Under the pieces are notes generated by a model that saw only the letters and a program-made list of their open reading frames with translations, ran no database searches and had not been told where the DNA came from. Positions 9,223 through 17,862 of a DNA stretch of 64,000 bases are shown in pieces (the first letter of the stretch is position 1; every line of letters starts with the position of its first letter). Origin of the DNA: Bacilli bacterium (GTDB lineage: Bacteria > Bacillota_I > Bacilli_A > ML615J-28 > CAG-698); NCBI GenBank assembly GCA_050953045.1, contig JBMNLY010000001.1, positions 74,947-138,946 on the forward strand. The letters are read 5' to 3'. The translations under genes and the position numbers were made by a program.

Positions 9223-12200
9223 ATGGATTTCGATTTTGACTCAATAATACAGTACTTTAATATAGGAATCATTACGATTTTAGTTAGTGGAGCTCTCCTT
9301 GGCTTTCTGAGAGGCTTATTTAAATCCGGTTATAATTTATTGGTTTTTGTTGCTTTGTTATTAACTGGTTGGTTTTTAAGCCCAATTATCGTCAGGAATC
9401 TTATGGATTTTGATATATCGAAATATTATTCAATTAATTTCCGAGGAATCGATATTACAAGCATTAATGCAACAATTCCCGGGATTATTGATAATCTTGT
9501 TCCGCAATTTGCGGGTTTGGTAACGCCGGGCTCAAGCGCTTATTTGCTTGTTCAAGCGCTGATTTTTATGGTTTTAAGAATTGTGGTTATGATTCTTTGG
9601 CTGATTTTAATGGGAACGGTTTTTAAATTTATCTTTTGGATTATCTATTTAATCATTAAACCCAAAGCAAAGTCGAAAAACGGAAAGAAAGTTGGAAAAG
9701 GGCTTGTTTCCCGTTTTGGCGGCTTAGCGGTCGGGACTGTTCATGCTTTGCTGGTTGTCTTTCTCTTCAGCATTGCCCTTTCCGGTTTAACTTCAATTGG
9801 TAGTTCTCTGGTTGAGATGTTACCGGAAACAGAACCGGAAGTACAAGAAACCTATCTTTTGGTTTTAAACGAAGAGGCAGCGACCTTACAAGCACAAATA
9901 CCTGAATTAGAGGCTTACGAAGAAGTGTTTAGTTTTATGGCTTCCTATCGGGAGACATTTTCAGGTAAAATTTCTTCCTTCATTAAGATTGGTAAAGATC
10001 CGGCCGATGAATATTTATTTGATGAATTGTTTTCCTTAAAAGTTCGAAGTCATAAGGTAAAACTAAAATCAGAATTACAGACGGCCTTAAGAGCTTATGC
10101 GTTGATTGTAGACAATATTGAAGGGGAAATCACTATAGATAGTATCGCTTCCTTGGATAGAGAGATTCTTGAAGATATTTTTGAAGAAATCTCGAAGTTG
10201 AAACTAATTCAAATCGCCGTTCCGATTGGTGTGGAATATGCTTATCAAAGCGATTTGTTGAACTTTTTAACTGAAGAAGAATTTGCGGAAGCGTATGAAG
10301 ATTTGTTAGAAATTGATTTTAGTGAAGAAATTAAAAATTTAGGAAATGCCTTTATTACCGGGCTTGAACTCGGCCTCTTAAATGGTGAAAATAAGCTTGA
10401 TTTTTATTTAAAACTTGACGGCGAGAAAGTCGAAGATTTATTTACTGCTTTAGGCGAACTTAAGTCGGTTGATACGGTTGCGCCGATTGGCCTTGGTTTT
10501 TTATTGAAACAAATAAAAAGTAATTTAGAACCGCTCGGTATTGATTCCGCTACTTTAGATTTAAAAGATATCACCTGGAGTTCAGAACTGGCAAACCTCG
10601 GCAAAATTTTTAATGCTTTTGTTGCCTTAGGAATTTCTTATGAAAATGAAAAGTTGACTCTTAGTGATATTACCGACGATGGAATCAATGCCTTTAGTAT
10701 CGCTGTTTTTAATTCTAAATTCCTAACCAATAACAATAATGCCTTAGCAAAGGTTATTATTAACATCTTGCCGGACGATTATCGTTCTGTTCTTACAATT
10801 GAAAATTTTGAAAAAGAAGATCTTAGTTCCTTATTGTCCTTAGCAAAAATTATGGCTGATGCTGGGCTTTTAGAAGACGATCTAAATGTTCCTACTTTGC
10901 TTTCTGAGGGTAATATTGATAAAATTGCTGATGCCATCAGCAAATCCAAATTGCTCAGTGCCAATGTCAGCAATCTTTTAAAACTCCTTCTTGACCAGAT
11001 GGATTTAGGTTTTGAAATCTCGGAGTCCAGTTTGGAAATGAACTGGTACGGCGAGCCCGGCAAAACCGAAATCAAGGCTTTATTTACAGCTGCGCGTACG
11101 CTTTATGATTTAGGTCTTTCCGGAGATGATTTCTTAACCAATCTCAATCCGGAATCGATCGATGATCTGACAGAAAAGGTTACTGATTCCGATGTTCTGA
11201 TGAGCAATATCGGAAATATGATAGATTATTTGTTTGTAGAAGGAGACTTTTTAGGAGATCTCACAATCGATACCAGCTCTGTTGCTGATATAGATTGGAA
11301 GAGCGACGAAGGCCGTGCTGAATTTAGAAACATTATGCGTGCTGCCAGCACGATTGTAGAAGCTAATTTACACAACAATCCTGAATTTGAAACGCTCAGT
11401 GATGGCACGGAAGATGTTAACGAAGACGGCGTTGTTGATGAAAAAGATAATTTGATCGGAAGGCTTGCGGAAAGCTTATCTTCATCAATTCTGATTAAAA
11501 ACAATCTCAGTAATATCATCTCTCAAGCGGTTCCCGAGCAAACAGGCGATCTTAAGATCATATTTTTTGATGATCCTGATGATTGGACTGAACTTGAAAT
11601 TGAATCAATGCTGCTTTCCATGAAGATTATCACGAAGAAGGAAAAACTTCCCGACGATTTATTTAACCTAACTGATGCTGAACTAGATATAATTTTAAGT
11701 TCGCTTTTGGTCAGCAGATCAATTGTTCAGAATTTAGAAGAAATGACAGAACCCGAGGGTAAACTCTACGGTTTAATAATTATAGAAAATGTTAACGAAG
11801 AAGATTGGTATGACCGTTTTGATGGCGAAGATAGAATTTATGACGGCGAACTAAGACGGCTTTTCAATTCCGGAAAAATCTTGCTCGGAGAAAATCCTGA
11901 TTTTGATGATTCCAATAACCTCGTTTCTTTAAACCGCATTCTTGAAATAGAAGATGAGGAAATGGATAAACTTGTTCAAAGCACTGTTTTAAGAGATTCA
12001 ATTGCGAACAAATTAATTGAAAAGAGCGAAGAAGATGCCGACTTAGAAGTGAACCTGGCAATGGGGGATCCTTCTTGGACGAATGAAATCAAAAGATTAA
12101 TTAAAGCAACCAAGATTCTGCTCGGCGATGATGCCGATTTGGATAATATTAACCTAGATATTAATACTGTTAAGTCTCTAAATGATAGCGATATTGATGT

Positions 12201-14451
12201 GGTAATAGCTTCCATTATAATCAGTGATACGATTATCAAAAAGCTTGTTGATATTGGAGCAGATGCAGAAGGTAGTTTGGTTGTTCGTTATGAAAAGAAT
12301 GACCCTGCTTGGCATGGAAGTCAAGAAAACCCAGGAGAATTGAAAAGATTTCTGACTGCAGTCAATATCTTGCTTGATGAGGATGATGATCTGAACAATC
12401 CTGATGTAATCAGTATTGATCGGATTACAGAGTTGACAGAAGAAGAACTTGATACTTTAGGTAATTCTTATCTTATTGTTGATACGGCGGTAGAACATCT
12501 AGAAGAAATGACGGAACCCGAAGGCTCTCTTCATCAAACGCTATATTTACCGGAAATCACAAAAGATGAATATTATGGATCAACCGGTGAATTCAAAAAC
12601 TTCATGCTTGCCATCCAACACATTCTTAAAGAAAATACCGCTCCGGACGAGAAGTTAGAAGATTTAAAACACATTTCAATATCCTCATTAACCGGAGATA
12701 ACCAAAAAATAGTCTTGGCGTCTAGAGTTGTAAAAGAAACGATAATTCGTAACATTGAGATTGAAGCCGATAAACAAGCAGTTATTAAAATTGCTCCCGA
12801 ACTTAAACGAGACGGCCCGGATTATCAAGAAGGAATTTGGGACAATGAACTTCCCAATCTTCTGGATGCAATTAGCATCATCTTAGGTGAGGATGCTATT
12901 CTTGATGAAATTAATGTTTCCGCAAATGATTTTCTCGCTTTAAGCGATTCGGAAATTGAAATCATTTTAGATTCAAGGATTGTCAGTCATACTGCTGCTA
13001 AAACAATTGAAGAAAAAAGTAAAGATGACGCTTCCTTAATCAAATTACCTCAGGACCTTGATCCTAAGCAACCGGAATATGATGAATCTCTTTGGTATGG
13101 AGCTGAAGGCGAACTTGCGAAAGCGTTAAAAGCTTTGCGTGAATTAGAATTTTCAGATTTTAACAGCGACATTAAGATAACTGCTCTGTTTGAAGAAGCA
13201 AGAGGTACAACAGAAGAAGTCATTTTAGCATCTCGAGTTGTAGAAGCATCTGTTATCAACAAGATTGAAACCGAAGCAGCTCTTGGCGGTATGTTATACG
13301 GTACTTTAATAATTCCTGAAGGCGTCGTATGGAGTAAATCCGATAATGACAAAGGTGAACTTAGACGCTTCTTACTGGCGATAGAGCTTGTTCTTGGTGG
13401 CGAAGAGTTTGAAAATGCAACTTTCAAAGTCGAAAAATTCTTCGGAGAAGATCAAGAAACCTTACTAGATTCACAAATTGTAGAAGCATCTGTTATCAAC
13501 AAGATTGAAACCGAAGCAGCTCTCGGCGGTATGTTATACGGTACTTTAATTATTCCTGAAGGTGTTGTTTGGAGTAGAACAGAAAACGATGAAGGTGAAC
13601 TGAGACGCTTCTTACTAGCAATAGAGCTTGTTCTTGATGGTGGCGAGTTTGAGTATGCAACTTTTGAAGTTGATAAATTCCTCGGCGAAGACCAAGAAAC
13701 CTTACTTGCATCCCAAATCGTAGAAGCTTCCGCTATCTCCTACATCCGGAAATCCGATAAACTTATTAAACCTGATCCGGATGATGTGGCTACTTATTAT
13801 TATTTTGAAGATAATGTTTTGGTTTGGGATGGCGAAGACGGCGAACTCAGACGCTTCTTGAATGGGATTAAGACATTACTTGGAACTTCAACTTTTGCTG
13901 ATTTCGAGTTTAAGATGGATAATCTCTTAAATGTTGATTTTGTTAGTGCCTTAGAATCCCGCGTTTTAGAAGCCACTTTGACTGATATGGTAATGGGCTT
14001 GATTGACGGCGGCGTCTTGGCTGGTTTGATTAAAGAACCCGACAATGGTTATCAATGGTATCATCATGCGACAAGTACCGATCCTCTTGTTGGCGAAATC
14101 CGTAGTGGCGAGTTTAAACTCGACAATAATCCTGATTTCAGCCAGTACAGTGATCTTTCCGGATTCTTAAAAGCTATTCAAGCAATGAATGCGGCCGGAT
14201 TAAGCTACGATAATATTGATAAAGATACGATCGCGGAAGCGGATTCTGAGGAACTCGCAGATGCCTTCTGTGATTATTCGCGGGTAATCGGCGGTTCAAT
14301 CGCTAAGATGCTTAACTATGTGTTAAAAGATGTCGTGCATCCGTTAAAACCGGAATTTGATGACGAGGACATTAATTATCAAGAGAAAGGTAAAGTAATT
14401 TTAGCTCTTGAAACCTTTAAGTATTTTGTAAAGATTCAATTGGGAGAATAG
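9223..14451 (+). CDS. Giant (1742 aa) membrane protein: N-terminal CvpA-like 4-TM domain fused to a very acidic, degenerate-repeat region
   Basis: The first roughly 190 aa have 4 TM helices and the CvpA-type start (ILVSGALLGFLRGLFKSGYNLLVFVALLLTGWFLSP). The remaining roughly 1550 aa are D/E-rich with recurring modules (…GEL[KR]RFL.A…LL(G/D)(E/D)D.D.D…, …SR(V/I)V…I…IE…, LEEMTEPEG twice). Extended -10 (TGATATAAT) at 9184-9192 and RBS AGGAGA at 9211-9216. Confidence 0.7.
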   Translation: MDFDFDSIIQYFNIGIITILVSGALLGFLRGLFKSGYNLLVFVALLLTGWFLSPIIVRNLMDFDISKYYSINFRGIDITSINATIPGIIDNLVPQFAGLVTPGSSAYLLVQALIFMVLRIVVMILWLILMGTVFKFIFWIIYLIIKPKAKSKNGKKVGKGLVSRFGGLAVGTVHALLVVFLFSIALSGLTSIGSSLVEMLPETEPEVQETYLLVLNEEAATLQAQIPELEAYEEVFSFMASYRETFSGKISSFIKIGKDPADEYLFDELFSLKVRSHKVKLKSELQTALRAYALIVDNIEGEITIDSIASLDREILEDIFEEISKLKLIQIAVPIGVEYAYQSDLLNFLTEEEFAEAYEDLLEIDFSEEIKNLGNAFITGLELGLLNGENKLDFYLKLDGEKVEDLFTALGELKSVDTVAPIGLGFLLKQIKSNLEPLGIDSATLDLKDITWSSELANLGKIFNAFVALGISYENEKLTLSDITDDGINAFSIAVFNSKFLTNNNNALAKVIINILPDDYRSVLTIENFEKEDLSSLLSLAKIMADAGLLEDDLNVPTLLSEGNIDKIADAISKSKLLSANVSNLLKLLLDQMDLGFEISESSLEMNWYGEPGKTEIKALFTAARTLYDLGLSGDDFLTNLNPESIDDLTEKVTDSDVLMSNIGNMIDYLFVEGDFLGDLTIDTSSVADIDWKSDEGRAEFRNIMRAASTIVEANLHNNPEFETLSDGTEDVNEDGVVDEKDNLIGRLAESLSSSILIKNNLSNIISQAVPEQTGDLKIIFFDDPDDWTELEIESMLLSMKIITKKEKLPDDLFNLTDAELDIILSSLLVSRSIVQNLEEMTEPEGKLYGLIIIENVNEEDWYDRFDGEDRIYDGELRRLFNSGKILLGENPDFDDSNNLVSLNRILEIEDEEMDKLVQSTVLRDSIANKLIEKSEEDADLEVNLAMGDPSWTNEIKRLIKATKILLGDDADLDNINLDINTVKSLNDSDIDVVIASIIISDTIIKKLVDIGADAEGSLVVRYEKNDPAWHGSQENPGELKRFLTAVNILLDEDDDLNNPDVISIDRITELTEEELDTLGNSYLIVDTAVEHLEEMTEPEGSLHQTLYLPEITKDEYYGSTGEFKNFMLAIQHILKENTAPDEKLEDLKHISISSLTGDNQKIVLASRVVKETIIRNIEIEADKQAVIKIAPELKRDGPDYQEGIWDNELPNLLDAISIILGEDAILDEINVSANDFLALSDSEIEIILDSRIVSHTAAKTIEEKSKDDASLIKLPQDLDPKQPEYDESLWYGAEGELAKALKALRELEFSDFNSDIKITALFEEARGTTEEVILASRVVEASVINKIETEAALGGMLYGTLIIPEGVVWSKSDNDKGELRRFLLAIELVLGGEEFENATFKVEKFFGEDQETLLDSQIVEASVINKIETEAALGGMLYGTLIIPEGVVWSRTENDEGELRRFLLAIELVLDGGEFEYATFEVDKFLGEDQETLLASQIVEASAISYIRKSDKLIKPDPDDVATYYYFEDNVLVWDGEDGELRRFLNGIKTLLGTSTFADFEFKMDNLLNVDFVSALESRVLEATLTDMVMGLIDGGVLAGLIKEPDNGYQWYHHATSTDPLVGEIRSGEFKLDNNPDFSQYSDLSGFLKAIQAMNAAGLSYDNIDKDTIAEADSEELADAFCDYSRVIGGSIAKMLNYVLKDVVHPLKPEFDDEDINYQEKGKVILALETFKYFVKIQLGE
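13237..13760 (+). repeat. Near-identical 240-bp (80-aa) tandem repeats inside the giant gene (two full units plus a partial third)
   Basis: The unit starting ATTGTAGAAGCATCTGTTATCAACAAGATTGAAACCGAAGCAGCTCT recurs at 13237, 13477 and 13717 (period 240) with about 90% nucleotide identity. The protein repeat is IVEASVINKIETEAALGGMLYGTLIIPEGVVWS…GELRRFLLAIELVL…. Confidence 0.8.
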
Positions 14452-14463
14452 AGAGGTGAAGAG

Positions 14464-14787
14464 ATGAAACTGATTATTGCGATAGTTTCGAATGATGACA
14501 GTACATCATTGATGAAAGAGTTGGTAAAATGCAAATATTTTGTAACGAAGTTAGCTTCAAGCGGCGGTTTTCTTAAAAAAGGCAATACAACGCTGATGAT
14601 CGGAGCGAAAGCAGAAGATGTTGAGCCGATTATCAAAATCATTACTGATTTTTCGCGAACCAGAAACGAATTTGTTCCGAGTTCGATAATTAGCGAATAC
14701 GGAATAATTCAATCGACTCCGATTGAAGTTACAGTCGGCGGAGCCACGCTCTTCATTATTGATGTTGAAGACTTTAGAAAGATTTAA
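14464..14787 (+). CDS. darA: Cyclic-di-AMP receptor protein DarA/PstA (PII-like, DUF970/YaaQ family)
   Basis: 107 aa. MKLIIAIVSNDDSTSLMKELVKCKYFVTKLASSGGFLKKGNTTLMIGA…VGGATLFIIDVEDF aligns along its length with B. subtilis YaaQ/DarA as recalled (MKLIVAIVQDQDS…ATKLATTGGFLRAGNTTFLCG…VGGATVFVMPVD). Confidence 0.8.
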   Translation: MKLIIAIVSNDDSTSLMKELVKCKYFVTKLASSGGFLKKGNTTLMIGAKAEDVEPIIKIITDFSRTRNEFVPSSIISEYGIIQSTPIEVTVGGATLFIIDVEDFRKI

Positions 14788-14795
14788 AAGAAAAA

Positions 14796-14818
14796 GGGGT
14801 CGGTTTGCCGATCCCTTT
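14796..14818. terminator. Bidirectional hairpin terminator between convergent darA and the anti-sigma gene
   Basis: GGGGTCGG-TTTG-CCGATCCC (one G-U pair) with A-run upstream and T-run downstream. Confidence 0.5.
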
Positions 14819-14819
14819 A

Positions 14820-15746
14820 TCATTCTTGGATGTTAAAAATATAGATTTCATTATCAAGGTTCACTTCATATATTATGGAATCATTCTGTTTGGTTGCGGA
14901 AATGAACATCACTCGAATTGGATTTAGGTTGGTTCCTATGTTCTGACCCGAACTAAATAGTCCGTAGGTGATGCTGTAACCACCCTGATTATTTTCTTTA
15001 ATCAAGTAGGTTGTTTTTCTGATAATATCAGTTATTTCGATATCAGTAGCCGATGTTATGATCTTGGTATTGCCTGTTAAAACGCCGTCCTGATAAGTTT
15101 TGATTTCCATGTCAGTTTCTTTACGAATTTCAATATAGGAGTTTTCTCCTGTAGACATTTTCAGAGTCAACCGATTAGCTTCCAAATATCCAGTTATTGG
15201 GTAGGTAGCAATGCTATCGGTGATTTCAATTTCATACTCGATCCTCTCTTTATTTGTTGTTCTTAAAGAAATTGATAAGTCGTTTGTTTGGTATGTTTTT
15301 TGATATTCATTTTTTGGATTTGTTTCTTGAAACTCGGGCGAATTAAAATAATTTATCGCGACTGTTTTCAAATAAAGATCCAGATACTTAATTTCTTCTA
15401 AAAGAAATGAGTCGACACCTTCGCTTTCTGAAACAATCTCCCTATCTTCCAAGAACTGGTAGAGAGTTAAAGAGGGAAGCAGTAAAGAGGGCGCTCCTTG
15501 AAGAGAATTTGAGCTCTCCGGAGTATTGGTATTGTCATAGGAGGTAGGTAGTATTATTAAAGCAAAAAGCAGGATAAAAACGGAGGCTAATCTGAAAACA
15601 GGAATTAACCAAGGTTTTCTTTTTGGTTTGACTGGAATATCTTCTGAAATTTGTGCTTGCTTTAAAATAGCCTTTAAATCAAGGTCATGAATTTCTTTGT
15701 CTATCTCATCTTGGATTATTGAAAAGATCTTTTTCCGCATTCCCAT
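14820..15746 (-). CDS. Putative anti-sigma factor (single-pass membrane protein, extracytoplasmic C-terminal domain)
   Basis: Lies immediately 3' of the ECF sigma gene on the minus strand. Cytoplasmic N-terminus, TM segment (LIPVFRLASVFILLFALIILP), roughly 240-aa C-terminal domain. Confidence 0.5.
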   Translation of the reverse strand: MGMRKKIFSIIQDEIDKEIHDLDLKAILKQAQISEDIPVKPKRKPWLIPVFRLASVFILLFALIILPTSYDNTNTPESSNSLQGAPSLLLPSLTLYQFLEDREIVSESEGVDSFLLEEIKYLDLYLKTVAINYFNSPEFQETNPKNEYQKTYQTNDLSISLRTTNKERIEYEIEITDSIATYPITGYLEANRLTLKMSTGENSYIEIRKETDMEIKTYQDGVLTGNTKIITSATDIEITDIIRKTTYLIKENNQGGYSITYGLFSSGQNIGTNLNPIRVMFISATKQNDSIIYEVNLDNEIYIFNIQE

Positions 15747-16268
15747 TCACCTCTCTTTAAAATAGGATTTAACTTTCTTTAAGGCTTTTTGGTAAAGCCA
15801 GAGGACAGTTCCGAGCGGAAGGTCGAGGATTTGGGCAATCTCCCGATGTTTAAAACGTTGGATTGCATAAAGCATAAAGATGCTTCTTTCTTTAGCGTTT
15901 AAAAGTTCTAAGACTTCCGATAGAATGGCGCTCTTTATGCCTTCTGGAGCGACTGTTTCCACAATCTCTTCGGGAGCGATTATTTCTTCTCGTTTTCTTT
16001 TGCGGTAATAATCGATTGCTTTGTTTCTTGCAATCGTAAGCAACCAAGTTTTGAAATTACTTCCGGGCTTATATGTGCTGATTTTCTCGAGCATCGTAAG
16101 ATATGTTTCTTGCATAATATCATGAGCAAGACTGCGGTCTTTAATGATTGAAAGAATTAAGGCATAGACCGCATGCTTTGTATCATGATAGATTAAGGCA
16201 AAAGTTCCTTCGTCTTTGTTTTTTAAAGCCTCGATGTGGAAATCGTAGTTCATCATTAAAGCCTCCAA
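15747..16268 (-). CDS. ECF-type RNA polymerase sigma factor (sigma-70 regions 2 and 4)
   Basis: 173 aa. Region 2 (…IMQETYLTMLEKISTY…) and a region 4 HTH (…REIAQILDLPLGTVLWLYQKALKKV…). Confidence 0.8.
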   Translation of the reverse strand: MEALMMNYDFHIEALKNKDEGTFALIYHDTKHAVYALILSIIKDRSLAHDIMQETYLTMLEKISTYKPGSNFKTWLLTIARNKAIDYYRKRKREEIIAPEEIVETVAPEGIKSAILSEVLELLNAKERSIFMLYAIQRFKHREIAQILDLPLGTVLWLYQKALKKVKSYFKER

Positions 16269-16465
16269 ATCATTTCAATTATAACATTTGAACGGAGGCA
16301 AGGCAATCAGTCTGAGCGGTTTTCATTATGTAAACGAATAAAAGTTGTTTTTTATTGGTGAAAAAGCTAGAAGCAATCGGAAATATTCTCTTTATTTTAA
16401 AAACCGGAAAAATATTTTCTACTTTGCATATACTAGATATGGATCCAAAGGAAAATTATGATATT

Positions 16466-17653
16466 TTGTTATGTTACAATACATTTGAGACCAAACCTTG
16501 TATAAATAACAAAAGTGATTTATACTCTCTAATGAAAGAAGATTCACCACATGATTCTTCACGAGAGGAGTATAAATCACATGGCTATTATATCACATAA
16601 GTTTCATGATATCAAAACAAAATTTCATGCTGTCTCTACATATCGTACCGGTCGTTATTCTGTTTATCACATTTGCCTGAAATACCATATCTCTAAGGCC
16701 TCTTTAATGCGCTGGAATAAAGCATTTGATGGTACTATTGAATCTCTTAAAGAGAAAAGTCGTAGACCACACACACCTCATCCTAGTATCCATACGGAAA
16801 CAGAAATATCTAAGATCCTTAGTTTGATTAAACGTAATTCTAATATCGGTCTGACTGAACTCTATACTAAACTCAGACAGCAAATAGGCTATTCTAGGCA
16901 TTATTGCAGCTTATATCGTGTTTTGATTAGATTAGGTTATTACGTTAATAAGTCTAAGATAAGAAAGAAATACAAGCCCAAAAAATATCACACACCAGAG
17001 AAACTTGGTGAAAAGTTTCAAATTGATGTTAAGTACGTTCCGACAGAATGTAAAGCCGATCCCAGAGACGATAATCGTTATTATCAATATACTGCAATAG
17101 ATGAAGCTTCCAGACAACGCTTCATGTATATATACAAAGAGCGTTCTTCTTATAGCTCAGTTGATTTTCTACGTAAAGCAATTGCTTTCTTTGGTTATGT
17201 TCCAAGAATTATTCAAACTGATAATGGCTTGGAATTTAGGCATTTTGGTGAAACAAATAGAATTCATCCTTTTGATTTAGGGTGTCAAAAACTCGGAATT
17301 ATACATAAAACCATTAAACCAAGAACTCCCAGACATAACGGAAAGGTAGAAAGAAGTCATCGAACTGATAATGAACGTTTTTACTCAAATCTAAAATTCT
17401 ATAGTTATGAAGATCTTCAGAATCAAATGAAAAGATATGTTTATAGATCTAACCGGATAGGGATGACACCCTTAAAGTTTAAAACTCCGATAGAAAAACG
17501 TAATGAACTCATGGAATCGAATATGGTAAATTGTTTATGTTTCGTTTGATTTCAAAATTGCCCATTATGCTAAGGGGGACACATTCCCCCTTAAACCCCT
17601 TTGGTTTATCTTCTTTTATTCTTTTTTGGTCTCAAATCATTTACAATCATACA
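16466..17653 (+). mobile_element. IS element copy 1 (1188 bp, single-ORF DDE transposase; IS481/rve-like; family undetermined)
   Basis: Boundaries come from comparison with the identical copy at 44152..45339. Imperfect terminal inverted repeats TGTTATGTTACAATACATTTGAGACCAAA / TGTATGATTGTAAATGATTTGAGACCAAA. Flanked by a 24-25-bp direct repeat GATCCAAAGGAAAATTATGATATT(T) at 16442-16465 and 17654-17678. Confidence 0.8.
16551..17549 (+). CDS. DDE transposase (N-terminal HTH plus rve integrase core)
   Basis: 332 aa. rve-core signatures QTDNGLEF and HNGKVERSHRT. True start may be the downstream ATG (MAIISHKF…). Confidence 0.85.
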   Translation: MILHERSINHMAIISHKFHDIKTKFHAVSTYRTGRYSVYHICLKYHISKASLMRWNKAFDGTIESLKEKSRRPHTPHPSIHTETEISKILSLIKRNSNIGLTELYTKLRQQIGYSRHYCSLYRVLIRLGYYVNKSKIRKKYKPKKYHTPEKLGEKFQIDVKYVPTECKADPRDDNRYYQYTAIDEASRQRFMYIYKERSSYSSVDFLRKAIAFFGYVPRIIQTDNGLEFRHFGETNRIHPFDLGCQKLGIIHKTIKPRTPRHNGKVERSHRTDNERFYSNLKFYSYEDLQNQMKRYVYRSNRIGMTPLKFKTPIEKRNELMESNMVNCLCFV

Positions 17654-17728
17654 GATCCAAAGGAAAATTATGATATTTAATCTTGAATTACGGAGAAAAA
17701 TTTGTTATAATAACAGAGGCTGATATAC

Positions 17729-17802
17729 GGCTCCATAGCCAAGTGGTAAGGCAACGGTCTGCAACACCGTGAGCACCAGTTCAAATCTGGTTGGAGCCTC
17801 CA
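17729..17802 (+). tRNA. tRNA-Cys (anticodon GCA)
   Basis: Cloverleaf: acceptor GGCTCCA/TGGAGCC, 3-bp D stem, anticodon stem ACGGT/ACCGT with loop CTGCAAC, T arm ACCAG-TTCAAAT-CTGGT, encoded CCA. Extended -10 (TGTTATAAT) at 17703-17711 just upstream. Confidence 0.8.
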
Positions 17803-17820
17803 TTAAAATTGATAGCGATT

Positions 17821-17846
17821 ATGCTCATCTCATGAGCATATTTTTT
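17821..17846 (+). terminator. Rho-independent terminator after tRNA-Cys
   Basis: ATGCTCAT-CTC-ATGAGCAT followed by TTTTTT. Confidence 0.55.
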
Positions 17847-17862
17847 GTATACGGAGGAAACA

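Noticed and set aside
10404-14045. Multiple 60-125-aa antisense ORFs inside the giant gene (10404-10604, 10779-11075, 11226-11519, 13050-13427, 13800-14045 and others)
   Set aside because: They are Ser/Leu/Lys-rich translations of the opposite strand of an acidic repeat gene, with no independent start signals. Typical shadow ORFs.
16355-16600. 81-aa ORF spanning the left boundary of IS copy 1
   Set aside because: It reads from flanking DNA into the IS terminal repeat, so it is an artefact of the insertion junction, not a gene.
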